Shown here: one piece after another, positions 63,395 through 64,000 of the stretch
How the letters are laid out: the number at the start of each line of letters is the position of its first letter
Numbering within the stretch: the stretch's first letter is position 1
Assembly: GCF_030028105.1 (NCBI RefSeq)
Contig: NC_092376.1
Span: 160,982,212-161,046,211 of the forward strand
Direction of reading: 5' to 3'
Length of the DNA stretch: 64,000 nucleotides
From: Mobula birostris
Taxonomy: Eukaryota
Program-made: the position numbers and the translations under genes
Notes under the pieces: generated by a model
The model's input: only the letters and a program-made list of their open reading frames with translations
Databases searched by the model: none
Told to the model about the DNA's origin: nothing

Positions 63395-64000
63395 CATTGT
63401 AAAGCTTCGGGCGATGGTGTATCTATCAGGGCACTCTAAAGCTGTGCCAACCAACTGGTTGGAGAGTTCAAGGATATCTTCAATCTTTGACTGCTGCAGT
63501 CAAAGTCCCAACTTGCTTCGGAAGGGTGATGATCATACTGCTGCCCAAGAAAAGCAGAGTGAGTGACCTCAAATACTATCATCCAGTAGCACTCACAACC
63601 ACTGTGATGAACTGCTTTGAGGGTCTGGGCATGGCTCGAATGAACTTCTGCCTAAGCAAGGACCTGGACCCACTGCAACTTGCCAGTCACCACAACAGCT
63701 TTGCAGAGGATGCAACCTCATTATCTCTCCACTTGGCCTTGGACCACCTGGACAACAACAATACCCATGCCAGGCTGCTGTTTATTGATTACAGCTGAGT
63801 ATTCAACACCATCATACCCTCAGTACTAATCTTCAAAACCTGGGCCTCTATACCTCCCTTTGCAACTGGGTCCTTAACTTTCTCATTGGCAGACCAGAGT
63901 CAGTGAGGACCAGAACTAATATCTCCTTCTCACTGACAATCAGCACAGGCGAACCTCAAGGATGAGTGTTTAGCTCACTGCACCACTCTCTCTACCCTCA
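63395..64000 (+). mobile_element. Rex1/Babar-like RT fragment running off the window
   Basis: [44 protein letters not shown]. Confidence 0.85.

Overview
This is a repeat-dense vertebrate intergenic or intronic window. The combination of CR1 LINEs, Rex1/Babar-like elements, Penelope-like elements and a V-SINE points to a cartilaginous fish, probably a ray (inference). I found no supportable host protein-coding gene, rRNA, tRNA or CRISPR array. Main contents: (1) a complete but decayed Gypsy LTR retrotransposon (3099-10526, LTRs about 200 bp, GTTAG TSD) interrupted by a younger CR1 LINE in gag and a 270-bp palindromic insert in the protease region; (2) many CR1 and Rex1-like fragments, Tc1 and hAT MITEs, a V-SINE and a solo LTR, often nested; (3) about 15 Penelope-like (PLE) pieces whose termini carry intact or decayed minimal type I hammerhead ribozyme cores, including short fold-back elements with 13-15 bp TSDs whose inversion junctions cluster in or next to the ribozyme; (4) local direct duplications abutting Tc1 ends; (5) a 33-bp minisatellite built from a 21-bp palindrome plus a spacer that often contains CACGTG. 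Boundaries of old fragments are approximate; all comparisons were made by eye.
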